From Candidatus Latescibacterota bacterium (lineage in GTDB: Bacteria; Latescibacterota; UBA2968; GCA-2709665): 64,000 nt of DNA. Below, in pieces: positions 51,857 to 62,211 of this stretch. The notes below the pieces were generated by a model. It did not search any database, had not been told where the DNA came from, and saw only the letters and a program-made list of their open reading frames with translations. Numbering within the stretch: the first letter of the stretch is position 1; the number at the start of each line of letters is the position of its first letter. The position numbers were made by a program, and so were the translations under genes. The stretch covers positions 1,760,001 through 1,824,000 of the forward strand of contig OZ250150.1 in assembly GCA_965237675.1 (NCBI GenBank), given 5' to 3'.

Positions 51857-54800
51857 ATGACGTTCTGCAAACCGATTCACGAGACGGATCTGACTTTGGG
51901 CGTCTGCATATCGGCGCCGGAAACCGGGCCGTATCGGGCTTCGGCAGAAAGACTGAAGGCCGTCCTGGAAGGGACGGTACCGGGTAGCGTGGAGATTCTG
52001 CCGGACGCGCGGCTGGACGCGGGCGGAAGACACGTGATCGCGCTGGGCAATATGATGGATAGCGCGTTCTTGAGAACGCTGTATTTCCGGGCGTACGATC
52101 TGACAGACCGGGTCTGGCCGGGTCCCGGCGGATGGGCGATCCGTACTGCACCGCACTCCCTGGAGGATGTGGGGCACGTGATCGTGGTTGGAGTGAGCGA
52201 GGCGGATGACGTTCCCGAGGCGGCGGAAGCGTTCGCACGTACAATTGAGGCGGAGGGATCCGCGCTTCCGTTTCAGCATCGGGTGAACCTGGGGAAATGG
52301 GCGGACCTTTATCTGAAGCCGGCGCAAGAGCGGCTGAACCAGGGTGACGAAGCGCTGGAGCGGGAGTTCACGAGCGGTCCGGGAGACTGGACCTACATGT
52401 GGGCCATCTCGGAGATCGGGATGCTGGCCGTGCAGACCGGCATGGAGGCTCTGATACAGATGTTCTGCCGGCAGGTCTGCAACTTTGCGCGGACGCGGTG
52501 GTTCGAACGCCACCTGCCCGACCCGCCCCAGATCCATGGGTTCCTGAGGACCATGCTGCTTCCGTTCACCGTTCTGGATAACCATCCTGGCCTTCCCGGC
52601 GATCAGCGAGAGGAGACGCTCGAGGCGTTTCTGGGGCTATACCGGTCCACGGAGGGCGCCGGAAATCGCGGATTCCTGAGCCACGTGGGGGTGGACCGCG
52701 TGCGGCAGAACCATCAGACGATGTCGGGGCTGGATCTGTTTTATGGGGGCCGGTATTTCCACCAGGTGCATGGATTGGCAGAGGGTCGGGCATGGATGAA
52801 GCTGGCCGACGTGTTTTTCGAGCCTCAGATGAACTCGAACAAGCCGGTCTGCGATTCGTGGGGGCACCAGTGGGCGTTTTCGCTCTTCAATACCGCCGAT
52901 TATGCGCTGGCTTCGGGAAAGATGGACTATTTCTCCGGCAAACCGTATCTGGAAGGCGTGGACCGGGCGTTGATCGCGCACAGCAACCTCGAAGGCGGGC
53001 CGCAGCAGTATATGTTGATGGCCGCGGCGGTGACGGGAAACGACGAATACCTCCAGCACTGCGGGACCCGGGATGACGACACCCTGGCGGAGAAGGCTGT
53101 GCGGCAGAACGTGGAACCGTTCCGTACCTGGGTGACAGGACGGGACGCCGCAGAGCCGGAGCGGATGGGGCGTGTTGGGGTGGCTCCGCTCTCGCAGCTG
53201 TTCTACGATTCTATTGAGGATCCCGGAGGATTCGCCCCCGAGGGTGTTTACCTGCGTGACGTGCCATTCGAACAGACGTTCGACAAGGCGTATTTCCGTT
53301 CCGGCTGGACGGATGACGACGACTATCTGCTGCTTTGCGGAATTTCGGGGGGGTCCCATTCCTATCAGGACGGCAACTGTATTGTGAGATATACCGGCCG
53401 GGGGCAGAACTGGTTCGGAGGGCGCGTGGGCCCTGCGTCGGTGAGGGATCACAACGGAGTGAGTATCGCTGTTGACGGTGTGGGACCGGGCTGTGAATCC
53501 CGGTATGCGGCGCTGCGATACCTCGAGGAAGGAGAACGCCTGTCCGTGGCGGGCACGTCGATGAAGTCTCCCGGCCTGGCGGACTGGTATCGTCATATCG
53601 TGCATGGCAAAGCGGGATGGTTTCTGGTCATCGACGAAGTCTGGGCGAAGGCGGATGGCGAGTACCTGGTTGAGGATCGCTGGCACATTTACGGGGACGT
53701 GGAAATGGTGGATGGGACGCTGCGTGCGGTCCAGGGTGATGCGCGGTTGGAGATGCGGCATACGGGAAGCGGGTCTCAAGAACTCGTTCCGGTGACGTCT
53801 GCCCTGGCGGAGGAAGGGACGCGCTGGGTGCAGCGCTCGCTGAAAGGACTTCGTTCCGGCGAAGGGGTGAGATTCGCCACCCTGTTCTGGAGCGACCAAA
53901 AGGCGCAGCCCCGGACGTATGCGCTGAATCCGGAAGCGTCGGGCTACCGCGTCGAAGGCGAGGGGACTGTCGCGACCGTCTCCCTCTCTGCCGAATGTGC
54001 CGTCGTCGAGGTAAGGGACGACGCGGCGGTCCTTCCCACGACGGGTACCGCCGTGGAAGCGTCGGATGCCGGCCCGTTCATCGCGGCAGGGGGTGAAGCG
54101 AAGCCGGCCTGGCGAGGTACGTGCACCGCAGCCGTTACGGCGATGGATGTATGGGAAGGAGGCTGCTTCGCGGGCGACGATAGCGGAGGCATCACGGCAT
54201 TCGACCGCAACGGCGGGATACGATGGGAGCACGCAGTTTCGGGGAGCATCCGAACGGTCCTTGCCCTCCCGGACGGAGGCGTCGTGGCCGGCGGGGAGGC
54301 CGAGGCGGTGCACCGGCTGGACGGGTCGGGCAGGGAGGTGTGGTCGTATCAACTCGAGTGGCAGCCGATGAACTGGGACTACTGGACGTGGTTGAACTGC
54401 AAGGTGCTGAGCCTGGCGGCCGGAGATATCGACGGCGACGGCAGGCAGGAGATTCTGGCCGGATGCGCGGATCGCCACGTTTACGCGTTCGACGAGGGTG
54501 GCGGTTTGATGTGGCGTTCCGCCTGCCAGTGGGGTCCTCCCACGTGCCTGGCGGTGGCGCGGCTGCGGGACGGGCGCGGCGGGCAGGTGCTCGCTGGTAT
54601 GGCGGATCCGTCCATTCACGGCTGTATCAGGGTGTTCGGATCGGACGGGGCGTGCGTGCAGACGTTGTCGCGGCCGGATGTCATGAGCTGGTCGATTCCC
54701 TCGTGGTCGAAGTGCCTTCGCGCAGTGGATCTGAACGGGGATGGCCGCGACGAAGTGCTCAGCGGCGTGGATACGAATCACAGGCAGTTGATTGTCTATG

Positions 54801-55150
54801 GAGGGGATGGGCAGGTGTTGTGGGATGCGGACGTGGGGGGTGCGGTGCTGTCGGTGGCGGTTGCCGACGGGAGGGTGTATGCGGGCGCTTCGAATGGGTA
54901 CGTGCAGTGTTTTGAGGATGATGGCACACGGTTGTGGAGCTGTTTCCTGGCAGCGCCCGTGATTGGTCTGTCGCCCGGGCACGAAGGCAAGTGCCTTGTC
55001 GCCCTTGGGGATGGGAGGGTGGCGGGCCTGAATGGAATCGGAGAGATGAGGGGGTCGGGTGGAGGAACCGCAGCCACCGCGGCGGCGGCGTGGCCGGACG
55101 GCGGGTTGCTGGTTGGACGGCGGGACGGAACGGTGGAAAGTTTTGTTTAG
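51857..55150 (+). CDS. Putative polysaccharide lyase with beta-propeller; paralogue 3 of 5
   Basis: AAGGAG RBS; full-length homology to its neighbours. Confidence 0.8.
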   Translation: MTFCKPIHETDLTLGVCISAPETGPYRASAERLKAVLEGTVPGSVEILPDARLDAGGRHVIALGNMMDSAFLRTLYFRAYDLTDRVWPGPGGWAIRTAPHSLEDVGHVIVVGVSEADDVPEAAEAFARTIEAEGSALPFQHRVNLGKWADLYLKPAQERLNQGDEALEREFTSGPGDWTYMWAISEIGMLAVQTGMEALIQMFCRQVCNFARTRWFERHLPDPPQIHGFLRTMLLPFTVLDNHPGLPGDQREETLEAFLGLYRSTEGAGNRGFLSHVGVDRVRQNHQTMSGLDLFYGGRYFHQVHGLAEGRAWMKLADVFFEPQMNSNKPVCDSWGHQWAFSLFNTADYALASGKMDYFSGKPYLEGVDRALIAHSNLEGGPQQYMLMAAAVTGNDEYLQHCGTRDDDTLAEKAVRQNVEPFRTWVTGRDAAEPERMGRVGVAPLSQLFYDSIEDPGGFAPEGVYLRDVPFEQTFDKAYFRSGWTDDDDYLLLCGISGGSHSYQDGNCIVRYTGRGQNWFGGRVGPASVRDHNGVSIAVDGVGPGCESRYAALRYLEEGERLSVAGTSMKSPGLADWYRHIVHGKAGWFLVIDEVWAKADGEYLVEDRWHIYGDVEMVDGTLRAVQGDARLEMRHTGSGSQELVPVTSALAEEGTRWVQRSLKGLRSGEGVRFATLFWSDQKAQPRTYALNPEASGYRVEGEGTVATVSLSAECAVVEVRDDAAVLPTTGTAVEASDAGPFIAAGGEAKPAWRGTCTAAVTAMDVWEGGCFAGDDSGGITAFDRNGGIRWEHAVSGSIRTVLALPDGGVVAGGEAEAVHRLDGSGREVWSYQLEWQPMNWDYWTWLNCKVLSLAAGDIDGDGRQEILAGCADRHVYAFDEGGGLMWRSACQWGPPTCLAVARLRDGRGGQVLAGMADPSIHGCIRVFGSDGACVQTLSRPDVMSWSIPSWSKCLRAVDLNGDGRDEVLSGVDTNHRQLIVYGGDGQVLWDADVGGAVLSVAVADGRVYAGASNGYVQCFEDDGTRLWSCFLAAPVIGLSPGHEGKCLVALGDGRVAGLNGIGEMRGSGGGTAATAAAAWPDGGLLVGRRDGTVESFV

Positions 55151-55276
55151 GCTGGCCTCCCGCATGACGATATTCGTAAGCCTGAATCAGTCGGATCGGT
55201 TCATGGTCCTGACTCACAACGGCGTAAGACGGAAGATAACCTACTGAAAGCCGACCGATAATCGGAGGATTGAGAG

Positions 55277-58200
55277 ATGGCCTTTACCGATCCGATCCAT
55301 GAAACAGATTTGTCTTCTGGCATCTGTGTTGTCTCGCCTTCCACCGAGCCTTATCGCATGGCGGCCGAGCGTTTAAGAACGGTCCTGGAGGAGGTGCTCC
55401 CGTCTACAGTTGACGTTCTTTCTGACGAGGGGGGTGAAATCGGCGGACGCCATGTGATTGCGCTGGGGAATATGATGGACAGCGCGCTTTTGCGAACGCT
55501 ATATTTCCGGGCGTACGATCTGACAGACCGGGTGTGGCCGGGGCCCGGAGGGTGGGCGATCCGGACGGCGCCTTGTTCCGTGGAGGGTGTGGGGCACGTG
55601 ATTGTGTTGGGGGTGAGCCGGGCGGAGGATGTGTCTGAGGCGGCGGACGCACTGGCGGAGGTGATCGAGGCAAATGGATCTGTGTTGCCCTTTCAGTATC
55701 GGGCGAAGCCGGGGAAGTGGGCGGACTTGTATCTGGTACCGGCGCGGGAGCGGCTGGAGGCGGGCGATGCCGATCTGGAGCGAGAGTATACCAGCGGGGC
55801 GGGTGACTGGGACTATATGGGCGCTATTGCGACAATTGGTATGCTGGCGGTGCGTACCGGTATGGAGGCGTTGATGGCGATGTTCTGCAGACAGGTCTGC
55901 CATTTCGCCCGCACGCGGTGGTTTGAGCGAGACCTGCCCGACCCGCCGCAGATCCACGGGTTTCTGAGGACGTTGCTGCTGCCGTTTACGATCCTGGAGA
56001 ACCACCCGTGCATTCCGAAAGAACAGCGGGAGGAGACGCTGGAGGCCTTCCTGGGGCTTTACCGGTCCTCGGAGGGGGCCGGAAATACCGGTTTTTTAAG
56101 CCATGTGGGTGTGGATCGGGTGCGGCAGAATCACCAGACCCGGTCGGCGCTGGACCTCTTTTACGGGGGCCGCTACTTTCACCAGGTGCACGGGCTGGCC
56201 GAAGGTCTTGGGTGGATGAAGCTGGCGGAGGTGTTTTTTGCCCCTCAGATGACGTCGAACAAGCCGGTGTGTGACTCGTGGGGTCACCAGTGGACCGCCT
56301 CGCTTTTTAACACGGCAGACTATGCGCTGTCTTCGGGGAAGGCGGACTATCTTTCGAGCAAGCCGTACCTGGAGGGTGTGGATCGGGCGCTGGTTGCGCA
56401 CAGCAACCTGGAAGGAGGGCCTCGGCAGTATCTGTTGATGGCCTCGGCGGTGACGGGTAACGACGAGTATCTGCATTTCTGCGGCGTGTCGGACGAAGAT
56501 GCGTTGGCCGAGCGAGCGATAGGAGGACGGGAAGAGCCGCTTCGCACGTGGGTGACGGGGCGAGAGGCGGCAACGCCCGAGAGATTGGGGCGTGTGGGCG
56601 TGGCCCCGCTCTCGCGACTGTTCTACGATTCGCTGGAGGATTTCGGAGGACTCGCCCCCGAGGGTGTGTACCTGCGTGACGTGCCGTTCGACAAGGCATT
56701 CGACAAGATTTATTTCCGTTCGGGCTGGACCGATGACGACGACTATCTGCTTCTGGATGGAATTTCAGGCGGGTCCCATTCCTACCAGGACGGCAACTGT
56801 ATTGTGCGGTATACCGGTCGCGGGCGGAGCTGGTTCGGAGGGCGCGTGGGTCCGGCGTCCGTACGGGATCACAACGGGGTGAGTATTGCGGTCGACGGGG
56901 AAGGGCCTGGCTGTGAATCCCGGTATGCGGCGCTGCGATACCTCGAGGAAGGAGAACGCCTGTCCGTAGCAGGCACGTCGATGGGGTATCCCGGCCAGGC
57001 GGACTGGTATCGTCATATCGTACACGGCAAGGCGGGGTGGTTTCTGGTGATCGATGAGATCTGGGCGAAGGTGGAAGGCGAGTACCTGATCGAGGGTCGC
57101 TGGAACGTGCTCGGGGAGGTGGAAACGTCGGACGGTGCACTACGCTCCGTCCAGGGCGATGCGCAACTGGCGATGCGGCACGCGGGCAGCGGGTCTCAAG
57201 AACTCGTTCCGGTGACGTCCGCCCTGGCGGAGGAAGGGACGCGCTGGGTGCAGCGCTCGCTGAAAGGACTTCGGTCCGGCGAAGGGGTGAGATTCGCCAC
57301 CCTGTTCTGGAGCGACGAGATTGCCCATCCCCGGACGTATGCCCTGACTTCGGAAGCGTCGGGCTACCGGATTGAAGGCGAGGGTACAGTCGCGACCGTC
57401 TCCCTCTCTGCCGAATGTGCCGTCGTCGAGGTAAGGGAAGACGCGGCGATTCTTCCCACCTCAGGGAACGCCCTGGATGGATCGGACGCCGGACCGTTCG
57501 TCATCGCGCGGCGCGATGCGAAGCCTGTGTGGCGCGGATTGTGCGGGGCTGCCGTTACGGCGACGGACGTATGGGAAGGCGGCTGCTGCACGGGCGACGA
57601 CCGGGGCGGGATCACGTCGTTCGACCGGGACGGCAAAGTGCAATGGACCCATCGAGCATCGGGCGGTATTCGAACGGTCCTGGCCCTGGCGGACGGAGGC
57701 GTGGTGGCCGGCGGGGAGGCCGAGGCGGTGCACCGGCTGGACGGGTCGGGCAGGCTGATGTGGTCGCATCAGCTCGAGTGGCAGCCGATGAACTGGGACT
57801 ACTGGACGTGGCTGAACTGTAAGGTGCTGAGCCTGGCGACGGGGGATATCGACGGGGATGGCACGGACGAGATCCTGGCCGGATGCGCGGACCGTCACGT
57901 CTATGCGTTCGACGAGGGCGGCGCCGTGAAGTGGCGCTCCGCCTGCCAGTGGGGCCCGCCCACGTGCCTGGCGGTGGCGCGGCTGCGGGACGGGCGCGGC
58001 CGGCAGGTGCTGGCCGGTATGGCGGACCCTTCAATTCACGGCTGCGTCCGGGTGTTCGGGTCCGACGGGGCGTGTGTACAGACGCTGTCTCGGCCGGATA
58101 TCATGAGTTGGTCGATTCCGTCGTGGTCCAGGTGTCTCCGCGCGGCGGACGTGGACGGGGACGGCTGGGAGGAAGTGCTCAGTGGTGTGGATACGAATCA

Positions 58201-58609
58201 CCGGCAGTTGATTGTGTATAACCGGGACGGCGATGTGTTGTGGGACGCGGATCTGGGAGGCGCGGCGCTTTCGGTGGAGACGGCCGGGGGGTGTGTCTAC
58301 GTGGGGGCTTCGAACGGGTACGTGCAGTGCTTCAAGGCCGATGGCATACGGTTGTGGAGCCGTTTTCTGGTGGAGCCTGTGATCGGGCTGGCTCCCGATG
58401 GCAATGGCGGGTGTCTGGTGGCGCTTCGGGGCGGGGCGGCAGTCGGCCTGGACGCGGAGGGCGCGGTCCGGTTGTCGGGGGGCGACGGGGCGGAAGTGAC
58501 GGCGGCGGCGGCGTGGCCGGACGGCGGGCTGGTGGTGGGCCGGCGGGACGGAACGGTGGAGTGCTTTTTCTGGAATTCCGGCTCTGCGCGTAGGAGCAAC
58601 CGGGAGTGA
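55277..58609 (+). CDS. Putative polysaccharide lyase with beta-propeller; paralogue 4 of 5
   Basis: GGAGG RBS; colinear with paralogue 3 at a 3420-nt offset; stop codon supplied by the downstream REP. Confidence 0.8.
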   Translation: MAFTDPIHETDLSSGICVVSPSTEPYRMAAERLRTVLEEVLPSTVDVLSDEGGEIGGRHVIALGNMMDSALLRTLYFRAYDLTDRVWPGPGGWAIRTAPCSVEGVGHVIVLGVSRAEDVSEAADALAEVIEANGSVLPFQYRAKPGKWADLYLVPARERLEAGDADLEREYTSGAGDWDYMGAIATIGMLAVRTGMEALMAMFCRQVCHFARTRWFERDLPDPPQIHGFLRTLLLPFTILENHPCIPKEQREETLEAFLGLYRSSEGAGNTGFLSHVGVDRVRQNHQTRSALDLFYGGRYFHQVHGLAEGLGWMKLAEVFFAPQMTSNKPVCDSWGHQWTASLFNTADYALSSGKADYLSSKPYLEGVDRALVAHSNLEGGPRQYLLMASAVTGNDEYLHFCGVSDEDALAERAIGGREEPLRTWVTGREAATPERLGRVGVAPLSRLFYDSLEDFGGLAPEGVYLRDVPFDKAFDKIYFRSGWTDDDDYLLLDGISGGSHSYQDGNCIVRYTGRGRSWFGGRVGPASVRDHNGVSIAVDGEGPGCESRYAALRYLEEGERLSVAGTSMGYPGQADWYRHIVHGKAGWFLVIDEIWAKVEGEYLIEGRWNVLGEVETSDGALRSVQGDAQLAMRHAGSGSQELVPVTSALAEEGTRWVQRSLKGLRSGEGVRFATLFWSDEIAHPRTYALTSEASGYRIEGEGTVATVSLSAECAVVEVREDAAILPTSGNALDGSDAGPFVIARRDAKPVWRGLCGAAVTATDVWEGGCCTGDDRGGITSFDRDGKVQWTHRASGGIRTVLALADGGVVAGGEAEAVHRLDGSGRLMWSHQLEWQPMNWDYWTWLNCKVLSLATGDIDGDGTDEILAGCADRHVYAFDEGGAVKWRSACQWGPPTCLAVARLRDGRGRQVLAGMADPSIHGCVRVFGSDGACVQTLSRPDIMSWSIPSWSRCLRAADVDGDGWEEVLSGVDTNHRQLIVYNRDGDVLWDADLGGAALSVETAGGCVYVGASNGYVQCFKADGIRLWSRFLVEPVIGLAPDGNGGCLVALRGGAAVGLDAEGAVRLSGGDGAEVTAAAAWPDGGLVVGRRDGTVECFFWNSGSARRSNRE

Positions 58610-58624
58610 GGGCATCCTGCCCTT
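58601..58624. repeat. REP copy overlapping the stop codon of paralogue 4
   Basis: CGGGAGTGAGGGCATCCTGCCCTT; TGA at 58607-58609. Confidence 0.75.
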
Positions 58625-58759
58625 AATACGCCTGCGTCCCATTTTCCGCAGGTTGGCCTTAACCTCGAATTTCCATTAACGCCGGGGAACACGTCAGCCC
58701 CAAGAGGCGGCTCGCCGCGGGCCTGAAACGAATCAAAGCGCCATAGGAGGGCGACTGGC

Positions 58760-61700
58760 ATGGCAATCGAACATCCACGCACTCTGGAACCGGAAACACC
58801 CCTGCATGCGGCACAGCGGGTTCTGGTGGCCGCGCCACGGTCCGAGCATGGGAGGGCGGCGGCAGAACGGATGCATCGGGCGCTTCAGGATCTGAAGGCC
58901 CCTGTCGAACTTCTGGATGATCCGGCCGGCGAGGTGCTCGCGGAGGCAGGCGGCCCTGTGATCGTCGTCGGAAACCTGTCGGACAGCCAATGCGTACAGG
59001 AACTCTACTTTCGATTCATGTGCGCGACGGATCTCTGGTATCCGGGCCCGGGGGGATACGAACTGCGCACGCTGTGCAACCCGTTCGGGACGGGGCATAA
59101 TGTCATCCAGGCGGGATACAGCGACGCCGTCGGCGCGCGGGCGGCGACGGAGGCGTTCCATTCGTGCCTGGACGATCCGATCCCGCACCTGGCGGCCCTT
59201 GAGGTGACGCGGCTGCCGCTCTCGCCCAAGGAGACCAGGCAGGTCCGGTCGGAGCCGCTTCTCCCTGCGGCGTGGCAGATCGCGAATACGATGCAGGGAG
59301 ATCTGAAGGGATATCTCTACTATCTGACGGGAGACCCGCAACTCGGAGGGGAATACCGCCGTGCGTGGGCGGCAGTGGTGGAAAGCGGGTACGAGAAGTC
59401 GGAGAAAATTGTCCAGGCCCACCTCTACAGCCTGAGCCGGCTGCAGCCCTGGCGACTTGTGGAACACATGAATCTGTTCAGCGAGGCGGAACGGCTTGCC
59501 ATTACCCGGTTTATCTACGGTTGGGCCGAAAGCGCGGAGGGCTGGCATCACGTCGCGCACTGTCCCCGGGTGGTGAGTATGCACGTGCCCAGGCAGAACC
59601 ACGAACTCATCCCTGCCCTGGCGCTGACGTACGCGGCGGCGTATTTCCGGACGTTCTTCCCGGAACTTCCCGGTCCGGAGCAGTGGGAGCAGGCCGCCCG
59701 GCGGGCGTATGCTCCCTACGGCCCGTCCTGGAAACCGCTGTGCGACGGACTCTGCCACGGCTGGTGGATGTCTCAACCGGTGATGGTGGAGTACGGGCTG
59801 AACGACCCGGACCACGGATATTTCGAGCAGGGCGGCGCCAGACAGGCCGCGGACGCCGCGATGGCCGTGGTGAACAACGAGGGATGGTTGCCGTCTGCGG
59901 GAGACAGCGACCTGAACCGGCAGTTTCCCGGTCCGAGCCTGCGTGCGGCGGCAGCCTGGTTCAACGACGGTCGGTACCGGTTCGTTCACGATCTGGCGTC
60001 CCCTGACAGACGGCTGATCACACTCACGTCGCTCCCGCGGGCGTTCGACGCGGGTGTGGCCCCGAAGGCACCGGAAGATTGCACGGGAGTGACCGTCGTT
60101 CCGGTGGACCCGCTTCTGTATCACGCGTGGGAACGGGATCCGCAGGGCGCGCCAGGGGTGGTGACCACGCCCCCATCCGCACCGATTGACCGGTGTTTCG
60201 ACAAGCTGTCCGTTCGTACGGGCTGGGGACCGGAGAAGGATTTTCTGTTGATCGACGGCCTGGGAGGAGGCAGCCATTCCTACGACGACGCGGGCGGCAT
60301 TCTGGACTACGCCCGGCTGGGTCTCTCGCTGATCGTGCAGGAGGACAGCTTTGTGCATTCCGCGCCCGAACACATGTCGGTCGTGACGGTCGTGAGGGAC
60401 GGCGAGTCCGGCGAGATTCCGGGGTTTGCGATTCTGGAGGCGAACGAGACCGACGCGGAGGGGAACGTGTACCTGCGCATCCGGCTGGAGGACTACGCGG
60501 GGGCGGACTGGGTGCGTGAGGTCCACCTGCGTCCGGGAAGCTGTGTTGTCTTCAACGATACGGTAATTGCCGGCGAGGCAGGCGACTATGCGGTGGAGGC
60601 CCGCTTCCGCGCACCGGCCATGCTGGTTCTGGATGGGCGCGAGGCGCGGTGTGCGAGGCAGAGCCCCTCAGCCGGGGAGGTGACGTTTCGCATAGAGAGC
60701 CTCTGCGAGGCTTCTTCTCTGTCGGTTGTTGAAGAGGCCGTCCATCTGCGGTACAAGAATGCGGAGGACCAGGAACTGTGGAAGGAGCGGTACCATACCG
60801 ACGATGTCGCGCTTTCGACGTTTGTGGCGCGCCGCGCCGCGCGCCTGGAAGCCGGGCAGGGCGTGCGTATGACTCACGTCGCCCAGGTGTGCGGTCCGGG
60901 AGAAGCCCCGGTCCATCTGCTGGAGACGGAAGACGAGGTCCGCCTCTTACAGGGTGAAACGTCGTGGTGTCTGGATGTCCTGTCGGTGCGGCCACCCGCG
61001 GCGGAGCGATCGGCGGTTGCAGGGGGTTCGGAGCGGGCCGATGCCTTCCGGGTGTTTGATGCGGGGGATGGGATCCGCGCGATGTGCCCGCTGGCGGATG
61101 GATCGCTGGTGGTGGGCGCCGCAAACGGCGCCGTGACGTTCCTGGATCCGGAAGCGAGGGCGGTCTGGTCCGCGGGGCTGGATGGGCCTGTTTACGATAT
61201 CGGCGCGGCGGAGGGAGAGGAGACGGTCCTGGCGGTCGGGCACGGCGCGAGCCGGCTGACCGGGTTGGATACCCGGGGCAGGCGGGTCTGGCAAACGGAC
61301 ATCGATCGGGAGCCCTGCCCCTGGCCCTGGTGGGAACTGCCGACCCCCGCGCCCGTTCAGGTGGCGGGTGGGGTCAACGAGGGATCGGCCTTTTTTGCCG
61401 TGGGCTGCGGAGATATTCAGATCCGCTGCTTTGACGGGGCCGGCGGGGAACTGTGGCGGCAGCGCTACAACGAGGGCGTGCCCGGGCGCATTCGGGTGGC
61501 CGACGTGGACGGGTGCGGCGAACCGGAGATCGTCGCCGGGGGCGAGGTGCTCAGCGACACGTCGAAATGCCGTGTCCTGGACCCGCACGGGAATTTTCTG
61601 GCTCACCTCGACGTGGAGGGGTGGACGAGCATCCTGACGGCGCTGGCGTTTGACAAAACCGACGGGCGGCATTTCATCGGCTGCGGCGCAAACCGCGGCC

Positions 61701-62083
61701 GGAACCTGCACGTGTTCGAACGGGGTGAGGGAGGGGAATGGGAAAGGCGCTGGGTGAAGCGGCTGGGCGGGCGGGTCACGGGCATCCGGTTTGCCGGGTC
61801 CGAACATCGTGTAATTGCCGCTACGAGTCAGGGATTCCTGCTCTGCTACGATCTGGAAGGGAATTTGGTCTGGCACCGCCTTTTCGAGCGGGGCATCAGT
61901 CACCTGGCGCCGTTCGGAAACGAGACACTCGTGATCGACCACCGTGGAGTACTCAGAGCCGTCCGTCCGTCGGGAGGGGATCGCGAGTTGGGCAGGATGC
62001 CAGCGCCCTGTTCCATTGTGGAGTCCCACGGCGCGGGCGCGTACCTCGTCTGTGCGCATGAAATTTGGCAAATCGAACTCTAG
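58760..62083 (+). CDS. Putative polysaccharide lyase with beta-propeller; paralogue 5 of 5 (divergent)
   Basis: AGGAGG RBS; 'YPGPGGYELRTLCNPFGTGHN', 'RQNHE', 'FDKLSVRTGW...LLIDGLGGGSHSYDD'. Confidence 0.8.
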   Translation: MAIEHPRTLEPETPLHAAQRVLVAAPRSEHGRAAAERMHRALQDLKAPVELLDDPAGEVLAEAGGPVIVVGNLSDSQCVQELYFRFMCATDLWYPGPGGYELRTLCNPFGTGHNVIQAGYSDAVGARAATEAFHSCLDDPIPHLAALEVTRLPLSPKETRQVRSEPLLPAAWQIANTMQGDLKGYLYYLTGDPQLGGEYRRAWAAVVESGYEKSEKIVQAHLYSLSRLQPWRLVEHMNLFSEAERLAITRFIYGWAESAEGWHHVAHCPRVVSMHVPRQNHELIPALALTYAAAYFRTFFPELPGPEQWEQAARRAYAPYGPSWKPLCDGLCHGWWMSQPVMVEYGLNDPDHGYFEQGGARQAADAAMAVVNNEGWLPSAGDSDLNRQFPGPSLRAAAAWFNDGRYRFVHDLASPDRRLITLTSLPRAFDAGVAPKAPEDCTGVTVVPVDPLLYHAWERDPQGAPGVVTTPPSAPIDRCFDKLSVRTGWGPEKDFLLIDGLGGGSHSYDDAGGILDYARLGLSLIVQEDSFVHSAPEHMSVVTVVRDGESGEIPGFAILEANETDAEGNVYLRIRLEDYAGADWVREVHLRPGSCVVFNDTVIAGEAGDYAVEARFRAPAMLVLDGREARCARQSPSAGEVTFRIESLCEASSLSVVEEAVHLRYKNAEDQELWKERYHTDDVALSTFVARRAARLEAGQGVRMTHVAQVCGPGEAPVHLLETEDEVRLLQGETSWCLDVLSVRPPAAERSAVAGGSERADAFRVFDAGDGIRAMCPLADGSLVVGAANGAVTFLDPEARAVWSAGLDGPVYDIGAAEGEETVLAVGHGASRLTGLDTRGRRVWQTDIDREPCPWPWWELPTPAPVQVAGGVNEGSAFFAVGCGDIQIRCFDGAGGELWRQRYNEGVPGRIRVADVDGCGEPEIVAGGEVLSDTSKCRVLDPHGNFLAHLDVEGWTSILTALAFDKTDGRHFIGCGANRGRNLHVFERGEGGEWERRWVKRLGGRVTGIRFAGSEHRVIAATSQGFLLCYDLEGNLVWHRLFERGISHLAPFGNETLVIDHRGVLRAVRPSGGDRELGRMPAPCSIVESHGAGAYLVCAHEIWQIEL

Positions 62084-62211
62084 CCCCCTTCTCAGCGGGT
62101 GGCCGGGTCGGGGCGGTCGATGAACCGCTCCGACCCGGCCGTGGAAAAATTCGGTCCGGGATTACCGAGACGTTCACCAGAACAGCTTCCAGGAATTTCA
62201 AGGAGGGATCC

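Noticed and set aside
52637-55165. 842-aa minus-strand ORF (and similar long antisense ORFs at 48695, 58733, 6262, 16794, 22403)
   Set aside because: These are antisense shadows of GC-rich genes with recognisable motifs on the other strand; they have no domain signatures of their own.
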